Origin: an uncultured Gammaproteobacteria bacterium
GTDB taxonomy: Bacteria; Pseudomonadota; Gammaproteobacteria; JAKDMP01
DNA length: 64,000 bases
Direction of reading: 5' to 3'
Assembly (NCBI GenBank): GCA_964586925.1
Contig: CAZPJI010000009.1
Coordinates: forward strand, 3,683 to 67,682
Under the pieces are notes generated by a model. The model made no database searches. It saw only the letters and a program-made list of their open reading frames with translations, and was not told the origin of the DNA. Shown here one piece after another: positions 48,383-57,204 of the stretch. The position numbers were made by a program, and so were the translations under genes. Positions within the stretch are counted from its first letter, which is position 1. Every line of letters begins with the position of its first letter.

Positions 48383-49287
48383 AGGTTGTCGGACTTCTTG
48401 CCGGTGATGGTGGAGAAGGCCTGGGGCTGGTTGAGCGGCACCTTGATGTAGCGGGCGCCATTGTCTTCGGGGGGCGGAAAATCGCCGCCCCGGACGTTGA
48501 GCTGCACCGATGGAATGATCAGCGTGGGCAGGTCGAGCGTCCGATCGCGCTCGTTGCGCATGGCGATGAAATCCTTCTTGTCGCGTCCGTGACCGACATG
48601 GATGTTATGGCGTTTCTCGTCGCCTACGGTCGTCTCGTTCATGTGCTCCCGGCCGCCGGGGGCGTAGTCGTGCAATACGAAGAGACGGGTCGAATCGGGC
48701 AGGGCGAATACGCGCTGGATCGAATCGTAAAGCGTGGCCGCATCGCCGCCCGGGAAGTCGCACCTTGCGGTGCCGCCGTCCGGCATGAACAGGGTGTCGC
48801 CGACGAAAGCGGCGTCGCCGATCAGATAGGTGAGGTGATCCGGAGTGTGGCCCGGAGTAGCGATGGCTCGTGCTGGGATATTGCCGACCTTGAAGCTTTC
48901 TCCGTCCTCGAACAGGTGGTCGAACTGCGAGCCATCGGGCTGGAACCCGCGCTCCAGGTTGAATACGTCGCGGAAATGTTTCTGTACGTTCCGGATACCC
49001 TTGCCGATGCCCAGGGTGCCGCCGGTCCTGGATTTGACATAGGTACCTGCAGCAACGTGATCGGCGTGTGCGTGGGTCTCGAGGATCCATTGCACCTCCA
49101 ATCCCTGTTCTTTCAGGAACAGCAGGATCTGATCGGCATAATGCGTGGAGGTGCGTCCCGAGATGGCCTCGTAATGCATGACGCTGTCGATCACGGCCGC
49201 CTTGCGGGTATCTTCGTCCCAGACCACGTAGGAAAAGGTCGAACTCTCAGGATGGAAAAATGCCTTGATCAGGGGGATGTCAGCCAT
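48379..49287 (-). CDS. MBL-fold metallo-hydrolase, probable persulfide dioxygenase (ETHE1/Blh-like)
   Basis: HxHxDH motif (ETHAHADH) with downstream His/Asp metal ligands. 302 aa. It sits in a sulfur-handling gene context. Confidence 0.65.
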   Translation of the reverse strand: MADIPLIKAFFHPESSTFSYVVWDEDTRKAAVIDSVMHYEAISGRTSTHYADQILLFLKEQGLEVQWILETHAHADHVAAGTYVKSRTGGTLGIGKGIRNVQKHFRDVFNLERGFQPDGSQFDHLFEDGESFKVGNIPARAIATPGHTPDHLTYLIGDAAFVGDTLFMPDGGTARCDFPGGDAATLYDSIQRVFALPDSTRLFVLHDYAPGGREHMNETTVGDEKRHNIHVGHGRDKKDFIAMRNERDRTLDLPTLIIPSVQLNVRGGDFPPPEDNGARYIKVPLNQPQAFSTITGKKSDNL

Positions 49288-49380
49288 GTAACTGTGATTT
49301 CACGAAATGAGAATAATTTATTAGACAACACTAAATTAGTCAAGTAAAATGAATAAAACCGGCTCCGCAGGTACCCGTAA

Positions 49381-49749
49381 TTGGCTAGGAAACAGACTGC
49401 ACCTACTCTAGAGGAAGACCAGGCCCAGCCCTCTTCGCAGGACATAGCCCAGATGGAAGACCACGCCAGCGATGCGGCACATTTGCTTAAGCATCTTGCG
49501 CACGAGTCACGGCTGCTGATTCTTTGTCTGCTCTGGGAAAGGGAGTTGACCGTCGGCGAAATCAATGAGCGCGTACAGCTAAGCCAATCGGCACTCTCCC
49601 AGCATCTCGCTCTGCTACGCGAGAAGGGGCTGGTCAGCAGCCGCCGGCAATCACAGAATATTTTTTACAAGCTCGCCGATCCCAAGACATTACGGATTCT
49701 TGCCACGTTGCATGAGCTGTACTGTAGGGATGGAGGTAAGAAACCCTGA
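49381..49749 (+). CDS. ArsR/SmtB-family transcriptional regulator, BigR/SqrR-like two-cysteine (persulfide-sensing) type
   Basis: wHTH region LAHESRLLILCLLWERELTVGEINERVQLSQSALSQHLALLREKGLV. One Cys in helix alpha2 (ILCLL) and one near the C-terminus (ELYCRDG) match the SqrR/BigR sensor pair. The start is ambiguous: TTG at 49381 or ATG at 49453. Confidence 0.65.
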   Translation: MARKQTAPTLEEDQAQPSSQDIAQMEDHASDAAHLLKHLAHESRLLILCLLWERELTVGEINERVQLSQSALSQHLALLREKGLVSSRRQSQNIFYKLADPKTLRILATLHELYCRDGGKKP

Positions 49750-49757
49750 TTTATGCG

Positions 49758-50546
49758 TTGATCGGAGCTTTGTGCGTAGGTTTGAGTCTGGGTCTTCTGG
49801 GTTCGGGCGGATCGATCTTGACCGTGCCCGTACTCGTCTACCTATTGCACCAGTCACCGAAGGTGGCTATTGCGGGTTCCTTGGCCATCGTAGGCGCCAT
49901 CGCTTTGATTGGTGCTGCACGCTACGCGCACCAGGGCCTTGTCAGTTGGCGTCATGTCCTGCTGTTCGGCCTACCGGGCGTGTTCGCGACCTATGGCGGG
50001 GCCTGGGTGTCGAAGTTCGTGCCGGGCACCGTTCAGTTGGTGGTATTTGCCCTGGTCATGGCGCTTGCCGCCTGGGGCATGTTGAAGTCCCCGGTGAAAA
50101 AGCCTTCCGCGGAGGATGAAACCGGTCATGCCGAGAAGCCCCTCTTCTGGCTGATCATGGCGGGACTGGGGGTTGGGATCATTACCGGTTTCGTTGGGGT
50201 GGGCGGCGGTTTCTTGCTGGTGCCGGCCCTGGTCTTCCTCGGCGGATTGCCGATGCATAGGGGGATCGCGACGAGCCTGGCGGTGATTGTGATCAATTCG
50301 GCCAGTGGGTTTTACAAGCAGTTCGATGTCGTCACCGGTGCAGGGCACTCGCTCGACTGGCGCGTTATCGGCATTTTCATCCTGGTGGGTGGCATTGGCA
50401 GCCTGGTCGGCAACACCATAGCCCGTCGTATTCCCCAGCACCGCTTGCGCCAGGTGTTTGGAGTGTTTCTGATCCTGATGTGCGGTTTTATCCTTTGGCG
50501 GACAGTGCCAGAATTGCTGCACCATGCGGGATTGCATCATGTCTGA
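49758..50546 (+). CDS. TauE/SafE (DUF81) family sulfite/anion exporter
   Basis: 262 aa, 7-8 TM helices, and the duplicated motif GSGGSILTVPVLVYLL / GVGGGFLLVPALVFL. TTG start. Confidence 0.8.
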   Translation: MIGALCVGLSLGLLGSGGSILTVPVLVYLLHQSPKVAIAGSLAIVGAIALIGAARYAHQGLVSWRHVLLFGLPGVFATYGGAWVSKFVPGTVQLVVFALVMALAAWGMLKSPVKKPSAEDETGHAEKPLFWLIMAGLGVGIITGFVGVGGGFLLVPALVFLGGLPMHRGIATSLAVIVINSASGFYKQFDVVTGAGHSLDWRVIGIFILVGGIGSLVGNTIARRIPQHRLRQVFGVFLILMCGFILWRTVPELLHHAGLHHV

Positions 50547-50571
50547 CCCTATCCGAGGAGGAGTGTTTACT

Positions 50572-51021
50572 ATGCCGCTCGAGGTTCGTCATTTACCCAA
50601 TCTGAAGCAGCCCGAAGAGAACCTATTCAGCTGCGGGCAGCCAAGCCGTGAAGCGCTCGAGGCGCTGTGCAAATCGGGATGCGAGGTGATCGTCAATTTA
50701 TGCCCGCCCGCGGAGTGCGGGGATTTCGACGAAGCCGACTGTGTGCGTCAACTGGGACTTACCTATCACAATATCCCGATCGCGGGACCCGGTGATCTCG
50801 GGCCGGAAGCAGTGGATGCGCTCGACCGCATCCTGCAAGAGGCGGCCGGGCGGCCGGTCGTCATTCACTGTGCGAGCGGCAATCGCGTGGGCGCGTTGCT
50901 GGCGTTGCATGCCTGCTGGAAACGGGGCACAAGCCCGGAAGAAGCGATTGCCTACGGAGAGAAATCGGGACTGACATCGCCCGGGCTGCGCGATGCGGTG
51001 TTGCGGATTCTGAAGCGCTGA
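50572..51021 (+). CDS. DUF442 / TIGR01244-family protein-tyrosine-phosphatase-fold sulfurtransferase-like domain protein
   Basis: CX5R active-site loop VIHCASGNRVG. About 150 aa. In BigR-regulated Blh proteins this is the domain fused N-terminal to the MBL hydrolase. AGGAGG RBS at 50553-50558. Confidence 0.65.
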   Translation: MPLEVRHLPNLKQPEENLFSCGQPSREALEALCKSGCEVIVNLCPPAECGDFDEADCVRQLGLTYHNIPIAGPGDLGPEAVDALDRILQEAAGRPVVIHCASGNRVGALLALHACWKRGTSPEEAIAYGEKSGLTSPGLRDAVLRILKR

Positions 51022-51072
51022 GCGCCAGTGGCCGTGGGCCGGTGGGGCATTCGATCCCATCGGCAGGCAGGC

Positions 51073-51106
51073 AAAAAAAGGGGCCGCATTGCGGCCCCTT
51101 CGCTTT
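51073..51106. terminator. Bidirectional rho-independent terminator between convergent genes
   Basis: AAAAAAA-GGGGCCGC-ATT-GCGGCCCC-TTCGCTTTT. An 8-bp GC stem with an A-tract on one side and a T-tract on the other. Confidence 0.7.
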
Positions 51107-51127
51107 TGCAGCGTTTTCCGTTACGCC

Positions 51128-54100
51128 TCAGTCGTTACCACCGCAGGTGGTCTTGGCCGGGCACGGTGGATAGTTCGGCTGCGGCGGGTAGGCCGGTAGC
51201 CAGGACGGCTGCGCCGGCAGTTTCACCGGATGCGCCTCGATCTTCTGCATCAGGACGTCCACGGCCGTCTGCAACTGCGGGTCTTTGCCCGACATCACGG
51301 CTCCTGGTGTGTTGTCGACCTTGATGTTCGGCTCCACCCCCACGTTTTCGACGATCCAGGCAGACTTGGTGTCGTACATCGATTCCTCGGGAATCGTGAT
51401 GTAGCCGCCGTCCATCAGCGGCCAGTAGCCGCGGATGCCGCGTACGCCACCCCAGGTGCGTTCGCCGATCGCCGGGCCGAGGCCCATCTGCTTGAACTTC
51501 CAGGGGAAGATGTCCCCGTCGGAAGCCGAGTAGTGGTTGATCAGAACGGCCTTGTAGCCGAGGGCGATCGCGTTCTGTGGCGCCGGACCGTCCTGGCGGC
51601 CGGCGAACAGCGACACCAGTTTGCGCTTCAGTCGTTCGAGCACGATGGGGTCGATGAACCCGCCGCCATTGTAGCGGTCATCGATGATCAGGCCCTGTTT
51701 CATCAGCTGCGGGTAGAACTGACGCATGAACTGGTCCATACCGAGCTCTTCCATGTCGCTGAGATAGATATAGCCGATCTTGCCCCCGGAAAGCCGGTTC
51801 ACTTCCTCGCGGTTGTGCTTGATCCAGGCATGCAGCCACAAGGGCAGGGCGTTTTTGATCGGCTTGACCCGGATCGTCCACGCGTTGCGGCCTGCGGCGT
51901 TATCCGCAAGCTTGAGCGTCACGGTGGTGCCGAGCGTATTGACCAGGAAGCGATACGGGTTTTCCGGTGCCCTCAGCTCCTGACCGTTGATGGCGAGTAC
52001 GTAATCGCCTTCGGCAACCTTCATGCCCGGTTGATCCAGCGGGGCGGTGTAGCCGTCAAGGGTATTGTCACCCTTGTAGATGCGGGAGAAGTAATACCGG
52101 CCCGATTTGGCGTCGAGCGCGAAGTTGGCGCCGAGCATGCCGGTGCCGATGTACTTCGGTGCGTCCGGAGTGTCGCCGCCACCCACGTAGGTATGACTGT
52201 TCTGCAGCGAACCGATCATCTCGCCGATCAGGTAGTTGAGATCCTGGCGGCAGGTGACCAGCGGCAGCAGCGCGGCGTAGCGCTTGCCGATCGCGTTCCA
52301 GTCCTTGCCGTTCATCTTGGGGTTGACGAAGAAGTTGTGCTCCAGGCGCCAGGCGTTCCAGTACATCTCCTTCCACTCCGCCACCGGATCGACCCGCATC
52401 TGCATGTGTGACAGGTCCAGCTTGTCGCCGCTGCCGTCGCTCATATCGGCGGAACGGATATACCAGTCGTTTCCGGTCTGGTAAAGGAGGGACTTGCCGT
52501 TGGCGGAGAGGGCAAAGTCGCTCACCCCGGCCACCAGTTGCTTGCCTTTGCGCTTGTCCATGTCATAGGCCATGAGCGCGGGCGTTTCGCCGGGCAGCGT
52601 GTTGCCGAGGATCGGATTGGGGTAAGTGGTGTAGAAGACGACGCCGTTGGATTCGGCCACGTTGCCGATGTTGGCCGTCGGCACCGGCAGGGGCACGGCG
52701 CGCTGGGCGAGGCCGTCGAAGTCGATCTTCACGCGGACGGGGCCCTTGCTTTTCGCGCTTTTGCCGGTCTTCCCGTTTTCCGTGGCGCTTGCCTGACGCG
52801 GGGCGAATGGCGACGGGGTCCCGGCCTCGAGGGTGGTCACGTAGAGGCCGTCCGGTTTCATGTTGGCCACGTTGAATTCGTTGCTCGAGAAGGCCGGGTT
52901 CTGGTGCCGCGCGGAGACAAAGTAGAGGTATTTGCCATTGCTGGAGAACACCGGATTGGAATTGTCGAACCACGAGTTCGTGACCTGGTGCACGGAATGC
53001 GAACTCACCCCGTAGATGAACAGGGCACGCATGCCGTTGGGCTGGGACTCGGAATAAGCGAGCCAGCCGGAGTCGGGCGAGAAGGAGAAGTCCTTCATCT
53101 CGCGCCACTTGTCATGTGCGACCTTGAACATCTTGCGCGAGGCCACATTGAGCAGCCACAGCGTCTTGGAACTGTCGGAGAAGGCCATCCATTTGCCGTT
53201 CGGGGACCAGGTGGGGCCGTAGTAGGAGCTGTCGTCGGTCGAGGTCAGCAGGGTTTCCTTGCCGCCGGTCGCCGGGCGCATCGCAATTTCGCTTGCGCCG
53301 CTGGCATCGGTGACGTAGGCGACCGTCTTGCCATCCGGACTCCACGACGGGTACTGTTCGCGGGCGCCGGTGGTCTGTGTGATGTCGGTGGTATCCCCAT
53401 GCTTTGCCGGAACCGTGAAGATGTCCCCGCGGGCGCCGAAGACCGCCAGCTTGCCGTTCGGGGCAATGTCGGCCGAGCGGATCATCTGACTGGCGTCATA
53501 CCAGTACGGCCGGGTGCGGATGCCGTCATTGGGTACGGTCACCGGCACCTCGACGAGCTGCTCGGAAGGCAGCTTCAAGACGTAAAGCTTTCCCTGGTCG
53601 GCGAAGGTGATACCTGTGTTGCCGAGGCTGGGCCAGTCAACGTCGTAATTCTTGAAGTGCGTGACCTGGCGGAACTGCTGTGTCTTCAGCGAGTAGGCCC
53701 ACAGATTCATGGTGTGGTTAGGCCCCTCGTCAGATGCATAGTAAATCGTGTCGCCGAACCACATCGGGTCGATGTCGCTGCCTTTCCAGTGCGTGATGCG
53801 GTCTACTTTCTTGGTCTTGAAATCGTAGGTCCAGACGTCCTGCGCCAGGCCACCGTAGTAGTGCTTCCAGGTACGGAAATTGCGGAAGATGCGGTTATAG
53901 GCGATCTTCGTGCCATCGGCGTTAAAGCTAAGCATTCCCCCCTTGGGCAACGGCATTGCGATCGGCAGACCACCGTCCACGGGGACTTCGAACAGGCGCC
54001 CGAACCACGAGTTGTAGGTATCGCGACGGCTGAGGAATACGATGTCCTTGCTGTCCCGGGTCCAGGTCACGACCATGTTGTTGGGTCCCCAGCGCATGGG

Positions 54101-54469
54101 GGCATGGGGCGTGACGTCGGAATCGTAAGTCAGGCGTTTGACTTGGCCGCCATCGGCTGGCATGACGTAAACATCGGTCTGGCCAGCATACTCGCCCGTG
54201 AAGGCGATCCACTTGCCGTTTGGTGAAAAGCGCGGCATTTGGTCGTAGCCGGGATCGGCGGTCAGGCGGTGGGCCTCGCCGCCGGTCATACCGACTTTCC
54301 ACAAGTTGCCACCGGCTTCGAAAACGATGCTGTTGCCATGCAGGGTGGGGAATCGTACGAGAGCCTGCTGGCTTCCGGTCTGGGCCTGCGCGGCGGCAGG
54401 CAGCAGCAGTAAGGCAAGAAAACTTGCGCCTGCACTGAGCAGGGCGAGGCGGCGGGAACAAAACATCAT
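51128..54469 (-). CDS. Tricorn protease homolog (TolB-like beta-propellers + PDZ + S41 C-terminal peptidase), periplasmic
   Basis: 1113 aa. Signal peptide. The N-terminus has repeated WD40/TolB-like blades (SPDGKWIAF, SPDGKTVAY, SPNGKWMAF). The C-terminus has the S41 domain with catalytic Ser (GASDGDIFP). Confidence 0.75.
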   Translation of the reverse strand: MMFCSRRLALLSAGASFLALLLLPAAAQAQTGSQQALVRFPTLHGNSIVFEAGGNLWKVGMTGGEAHRLTADPGYDQMPRFSPNGKWIAFTGEYAGQTDVYVMPADGGQVKRLTYDSDVTPHAPMRWGPNNMVVTWTRDSKDIVFLSRRDTYNSWFGRLFEVPVDGGLPIAMPLPKGGMLSFNADGTKIAYNRIFRNFRTWKHYYGGLAQDVWTYDFKTKKVDRITHWKGSDIDPMWFGDTIYYASDEGPNHTMNLWAYSLKTQQFRQVTHFKNYDVDWPSLGNTGITFADQGKLYVLKLPSEQLVEVPVTVPNDGIRTRPYWYDASQMIRSADIAPNGKLAVFGARGDIFTVPAKHGDTTDITQTTGAREQYPSWSPDGKTVAYVTDASGASEIAMRPATGGKETLLTSTDDSSYYGPTWSPNGKWMAFSDSSKTLWLLNVASRKMFKVAHDKWREMKDFSFSPDSGWLAYSESQPNGMRALFIYGVSSHSVHQVTNSWFDNSNPVFSSNGKYLYFVSARHQNPAFSSNEFNVANMKPDGLYVTTLEAGTPSPFAPRQASATENGKTGKSAKSKGPVRVKIDFDGLAQRAVPLPVPTANIGNVAESNGVVFYTTYPNPILGNTLPGETPALMAYDMDKRKGKQLVAGVSDFALSANGKSLLYQTGNDWYIRSADMSDGSGDKLDLSHMQMRVDPVAEWKEMYWNAWRLEHNFFVNPKMNGKDWNAIGKRYAALLPLVTCRQDLNYLIGEMIGSLQNSHTYVGGGDTPDAPKYIGTGMLGANFALDAKSGRYYFSRIYKGDNTLDGYTAPLDQPGMKVAEGDYVLAINGQELRAPENPYRFLVNTLGTTVTLKLADNAAGRNAWTIRVKPIKNALPLWLHAWIKHNREEVNRLSGGKIGYIYLSDMEELGMDQFMRQFYPQLMKQGLIIDDRYNGGGFIDPIVLERLKRKLVSLFAGRQDGPAPQNAIALGYKAVLINHYSASDGDIFPWKFKQMGLGPAIGERTWGGVRGIRGYWPLMDGGYITIPEESMYDTKSAWIVENVGVEPNIKVDNTPGAVMSGKDPQLQTAVDVLMQKIEAHPVKLPAQPSWLPAYPPQPNYPPCPAKTTCGGND

Positions 54470-54594
54470 GGTATTCGCTCCAAGGAAGAAACCAGGGTAG
54501 GACGGCTTTGCCGCCCCCCAGGGTGGTAAAGCCGCAATTATTCAAGTAGGCTACCGCATTTATACGTTTCCATACAACTGAAGGTAAACCGATT

Positions 54595-55182
54595 ATGCGA
54601 CGACTTTCCGCAGCAACATTTCTCATTCTGGCGTTGGCAGCGGCGCCCCTGGCCCTGGCTGCCGGCAACAACACCAAGGTGGGTGTTATAGACGCCCAGA
54701 GCGTGCTGCAGCGTAGCCAGGCCGGACAGGAAGTCATGCAGCAACTGAAGGCTTACGGCACCCAATTACGGTCTCAGATCAAGGCTCAAGGTGAGAAGCT
54801 GCAAAAGGAGCGCGACGATTATGAGCGCAATTCCAAGATCGAGGGCAAGGCTGAACGGAAGAAAGCTCAGCAGACGTTGAGCGAGCATTTTCAGTCCTTC
54901 CAGGAGGCGCAGCAGAAAGCCAGCCATGCTTTCGATGAGAGGCGTGCTGCTTACATGATCCCCTTGCGGGGCAAGCTGCAAGATCTGGTCCAGAAATATG
55001 CTAAGGAGCATGGTTTCGGGATGATCATTGATGCGTCGGCCGTCATCTACAATAAGGACGATCTTGACATTACCGACGCAGTGCTCAAGGCCTTCAACAA
55101 GGCCCAGCCCCACGCGCCCAAGCCAGATACAGCGGCTGCTGCGAAGGCTGCTGCCGCCGCCGCCGGAGGGCCGGGGAACTAA
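54595..55182 (+). CDS. OmpH/Skp-family periplasmic chaperone
   Basis: Signal peptide. KVGVIDAQSVLQRSQAGQ is the OmpH motif. A long charged coiled coil. 195 aa. Confidence 0.75.
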   Translation: MRRLSAATFLILALAAAPLALAAGNNTKVGVIDAQSVLQRSQAGQEVMQQLKAYGTQLRSQIKAQGEKLQKERDDYERNSKIEGKAERKKAQQTLSEHFQSFQEAQQKASHAFDERRAAYMIPLRGKLQDLVQKYAKEHGFGMIIDASAVIYNKDDLDITDAVLKAFNKAQPHAPKPDTAAAAKAAAAAAGGPGN

Positions 55183-55185
55183 GGC

Positions 55186-55971
55186 TTGAACCGCACTCCA
55201 ACACGTGTCCGCACGCCAGTCCGGCGTGCGAGGCGTGTGCTTGCGTTGACGTTCGCCCTGGCCGTTGCCGGCACGGCTTTCGCGGCCCCTCCCAAACCGG
55301 TTGCCGATGCCCTGGCCCAGATTTCGGCCAGCGGGAACAAGCTTGCCGATAGCTGGCGCTACAAGCAGACGATTACAGGCACCCAGCAGAGCGAAAAGCT
55401 GGCCTACGATGCTTCACAACCGGAAGGCCGGCGCTGGACGGTGCTCAGCGTCAATGGCAAAAAGCCGAGTCCGGAAAAGGCGCGTGAGCTGGCCGGGCAG
55501 GCCAAGCAAACTCATGGAAAAGGCCACAGTGATTCTCTCGCCATGGGTGTAGACAGCTGGCTGAACGCGAGTCACTATCGGTTGGTCGACTCCACTGGTA
55601 ATCACCTGGTCTACCAGATCGAGCCGCAGCCGGGCGCACATGCGGATGCAGCCACCACCAACATGCTCAAGCATCTGTCTGGACAATTCGTGGTGGCCAA
55701 GGAGGATCACCGACCCCTCTCGCTCACACTGGATAATTTCGAGTCCTTTTCACCGCGTTTCGGAGTCGAGATCAAGAGCTTCCAGTTGAAGATACGTTTC
55801 ATCCGGCTTGCGGCCGGGGAGCGGCCTGTCGTGGCGCAGGAAGTCGACACGCAAGCCAAGGGCAAGGTCTTCTGGATCAAAAGCTTCGATGCCAGGACCA
55901 AGGTCGTGCTTTCGGATTTTGCCCCCGTCGATGGTGCTCGCACTGTCCCGGCCGCCGCAGCTACGCACTGA
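55186..55971 (+). CDS. Secreted hypothetical protein (261 aa)
   Basis: TTG start and an Arg-rich n-region with a signal peptide (RVLALTFALAVAGTAFA). No family recognised. It is co-directional with skp. Confidence 0.5.
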   Translation: MNRTPTRVRTPVRRARRVLALTFALAVAGTAFAAPPKPVADALAQISASGNKLADSWRYKQTITGTQQSEKLAYDASQPEGRRWTVLSVNGKKPSPEKARELAGQAKQTHGKGHSDSLAMGVDSWLNASHYRLVDSTGNHLVYQIEPQPGAHADAATTNMLKHLSGQFVVAKEDHRPLSLTLDNFESFSPRFGVEIKSFQLKIRFIRLAAGERPVVAQEVDTQAKGKVFWIKSFDARTKVVLSDFAPVDGARTVPAAAATH

Positions 55972-56004
55972 CCGGTCCAACCAAAACCAGGGCGCCGGAT
56001 TCTG

Positions 56005-56355
56005 TTAGCGGCTGCAGTCTTCGTCGACGCCGCTGACTCCATCGATCGAAGAAATTATGCCAATGGCCCGCGAGCGCAGTTGTTCGCTGGGGAACGTGCC
56101 GCACAGGGACACTTCTCCGTGGTTTACGAAAAAGCGCAAGTGCAGCGCCTTCAGCTCGGTGTCCTCGGCAAGCGTTTTGCGCACGCGCAGGGCGATCTGC
56201 CTGTCCGCATCCTTCTGTTTGGCCTGCTCGCGGGCATAGTCGCCACTCCACTGCGTCTGGGATTTTCCGCCGGATGTCGTGGTGACGACGCACCCAGACG
56301 TTGCCAGCAAGGCTGCCGTCAGCGTCAGTCCCAGAAACGTTTTAGTTGTCATCAT
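56005..56355 (-). CDS. BON-domain lipoprotein
   Basis: Lipobox LATSGC. C-terminal BON domain (LRFFVNHGEVSLCGTFPSEQLRSRAIGIISSIDGVSGVD). Confidence 0.7.
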   Translation of the reverse strand: MMTTKTFLGLTLTAALLATSGCVVTTTSGGKSQTQWSGDYAREQAKQKDADRQIALRVRKTLAEDTELKALHLRFFVNHGEVSLCGTFPSEQLRSRAIGIISSIDGVSGVDEDCSR

Positions 56356-57190
56356 CCCGATCCACGATCTTTTTTACGCCTAATCTTAAATTAATGTGCC
56401 CCACGCCCACTTTCAAGGTGTAAGTGGTTTTGCCCTGGCCGGTCAGTTTCTGTAAGGCAGCGGTGAAATGCCGTTCGAATCCCTTCGTGTTCTGGTGGCC
56501 ATTTACGTCAAATTTGATGTGGCCCACGCCGGCTGTGAGGTTGACATCGCCGTAGTCATTGTCGATCACATCGGCATTGATGTCGCCTACGCCGACATTG
56601 GCGTTGAGTGGCCCCTGTTGCAGGCCCACGTTGAGCTTGCCGACGCCGATCTTGGCATTCAGCCCGCCGGCGAGACCCTGAACCGTGGCTTTGCCCACGC
56701 CTACTATCAAATTCAGTGCCAGCCGGGCCGGAAGGCTTACTGTCCAGTTACTCTTCCAGCCGGGGTTGTGGTCGTTGACATTTATGTGCACTGATCCGTT
56801 GGCCGGGTTTTCGGGGAACATGTTGTTGCTGTCTGAAGACTTGTCACCGGATTCCAGGCTGACCACGAGTGTGTCTCCGTCGCGGTGCGTGACCAGATGC
56901 AGGCCGGGAGGCAGTGCATTTGCCGATTTTCCGGCGGTCCAGTCAAAAATGAAATGCATGTCCTCGCCCGCCGTAGTGGCGGTCTTGATCACCACTTTGT
57001 CGTCTTCGTTTGTGGTGATTTTGATTTTGCCGACCTTGACCGTGAATTTGACGTTCTTGAGGCCACTGGCGTCTAAGGCACTTGAAAAAGTCTGCTCCAT
57101 AGGTGCCTTAGTGGTTTTACCGGGCTGAGCGGCGAAGGCCAGCGGTGATAGGGTCAAGGTCAGTGCAGCGATGATGAGTTTGCGATACAT
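56342..57190 (-). CDS. Secreted beta-helix 'putative adhesin' family protein (DUF4097/DUF2807-like)
   Basis: Signal peptide (MYRKLIIAALTLTLSPLAFA). Repeated GVG-x-(I/L/V)-x-(V/L) rungs (KIGVGKLNVGL, NVGVGDINADV, TAGVGHIKFDV, KVGVGHINLRL) suggest a beta-helix. The start was trimmed to 57190 (GGAGA RBS). Confidence 0.65.
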   Translation of the reverse strand: MYRKLIIAALTLTLSPLAFAAQPGKTTKAPMEQTFSSALDASGLKNVKFTVKVGKIKITTNEDDKVVIKTATTAGEDMHFIFDWTAGKSANALPPGLHLVTHRDGDTLVVSLESGDKSSDSNNMFPENPANGSVHINVNDHNPGWKSNWTVSLPARLALNLIVGVGKATVQGLAGGLNAKIGVGKLNVGLQQGPLNANVGVGDINADVIDNDYGDVNLTAGVGHIKFDVNGHQNTKGFERHFTAALQKLTGQGKTTYTLKVGVGHINLRLGVKKIVDRDDDN

Positions 57191-57204
57191 GGTGATCTCC
57201 GGGA

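Noticed and set aside
49288-49452. Specific operator palindrome for the BigR/SqrR-like regulator in the divergent intergenic region
   Set aside because: The region is AT-rich, but no clean inverted repeat could be identified by eye. This is left as a region to test by EMSA rather than a called site.
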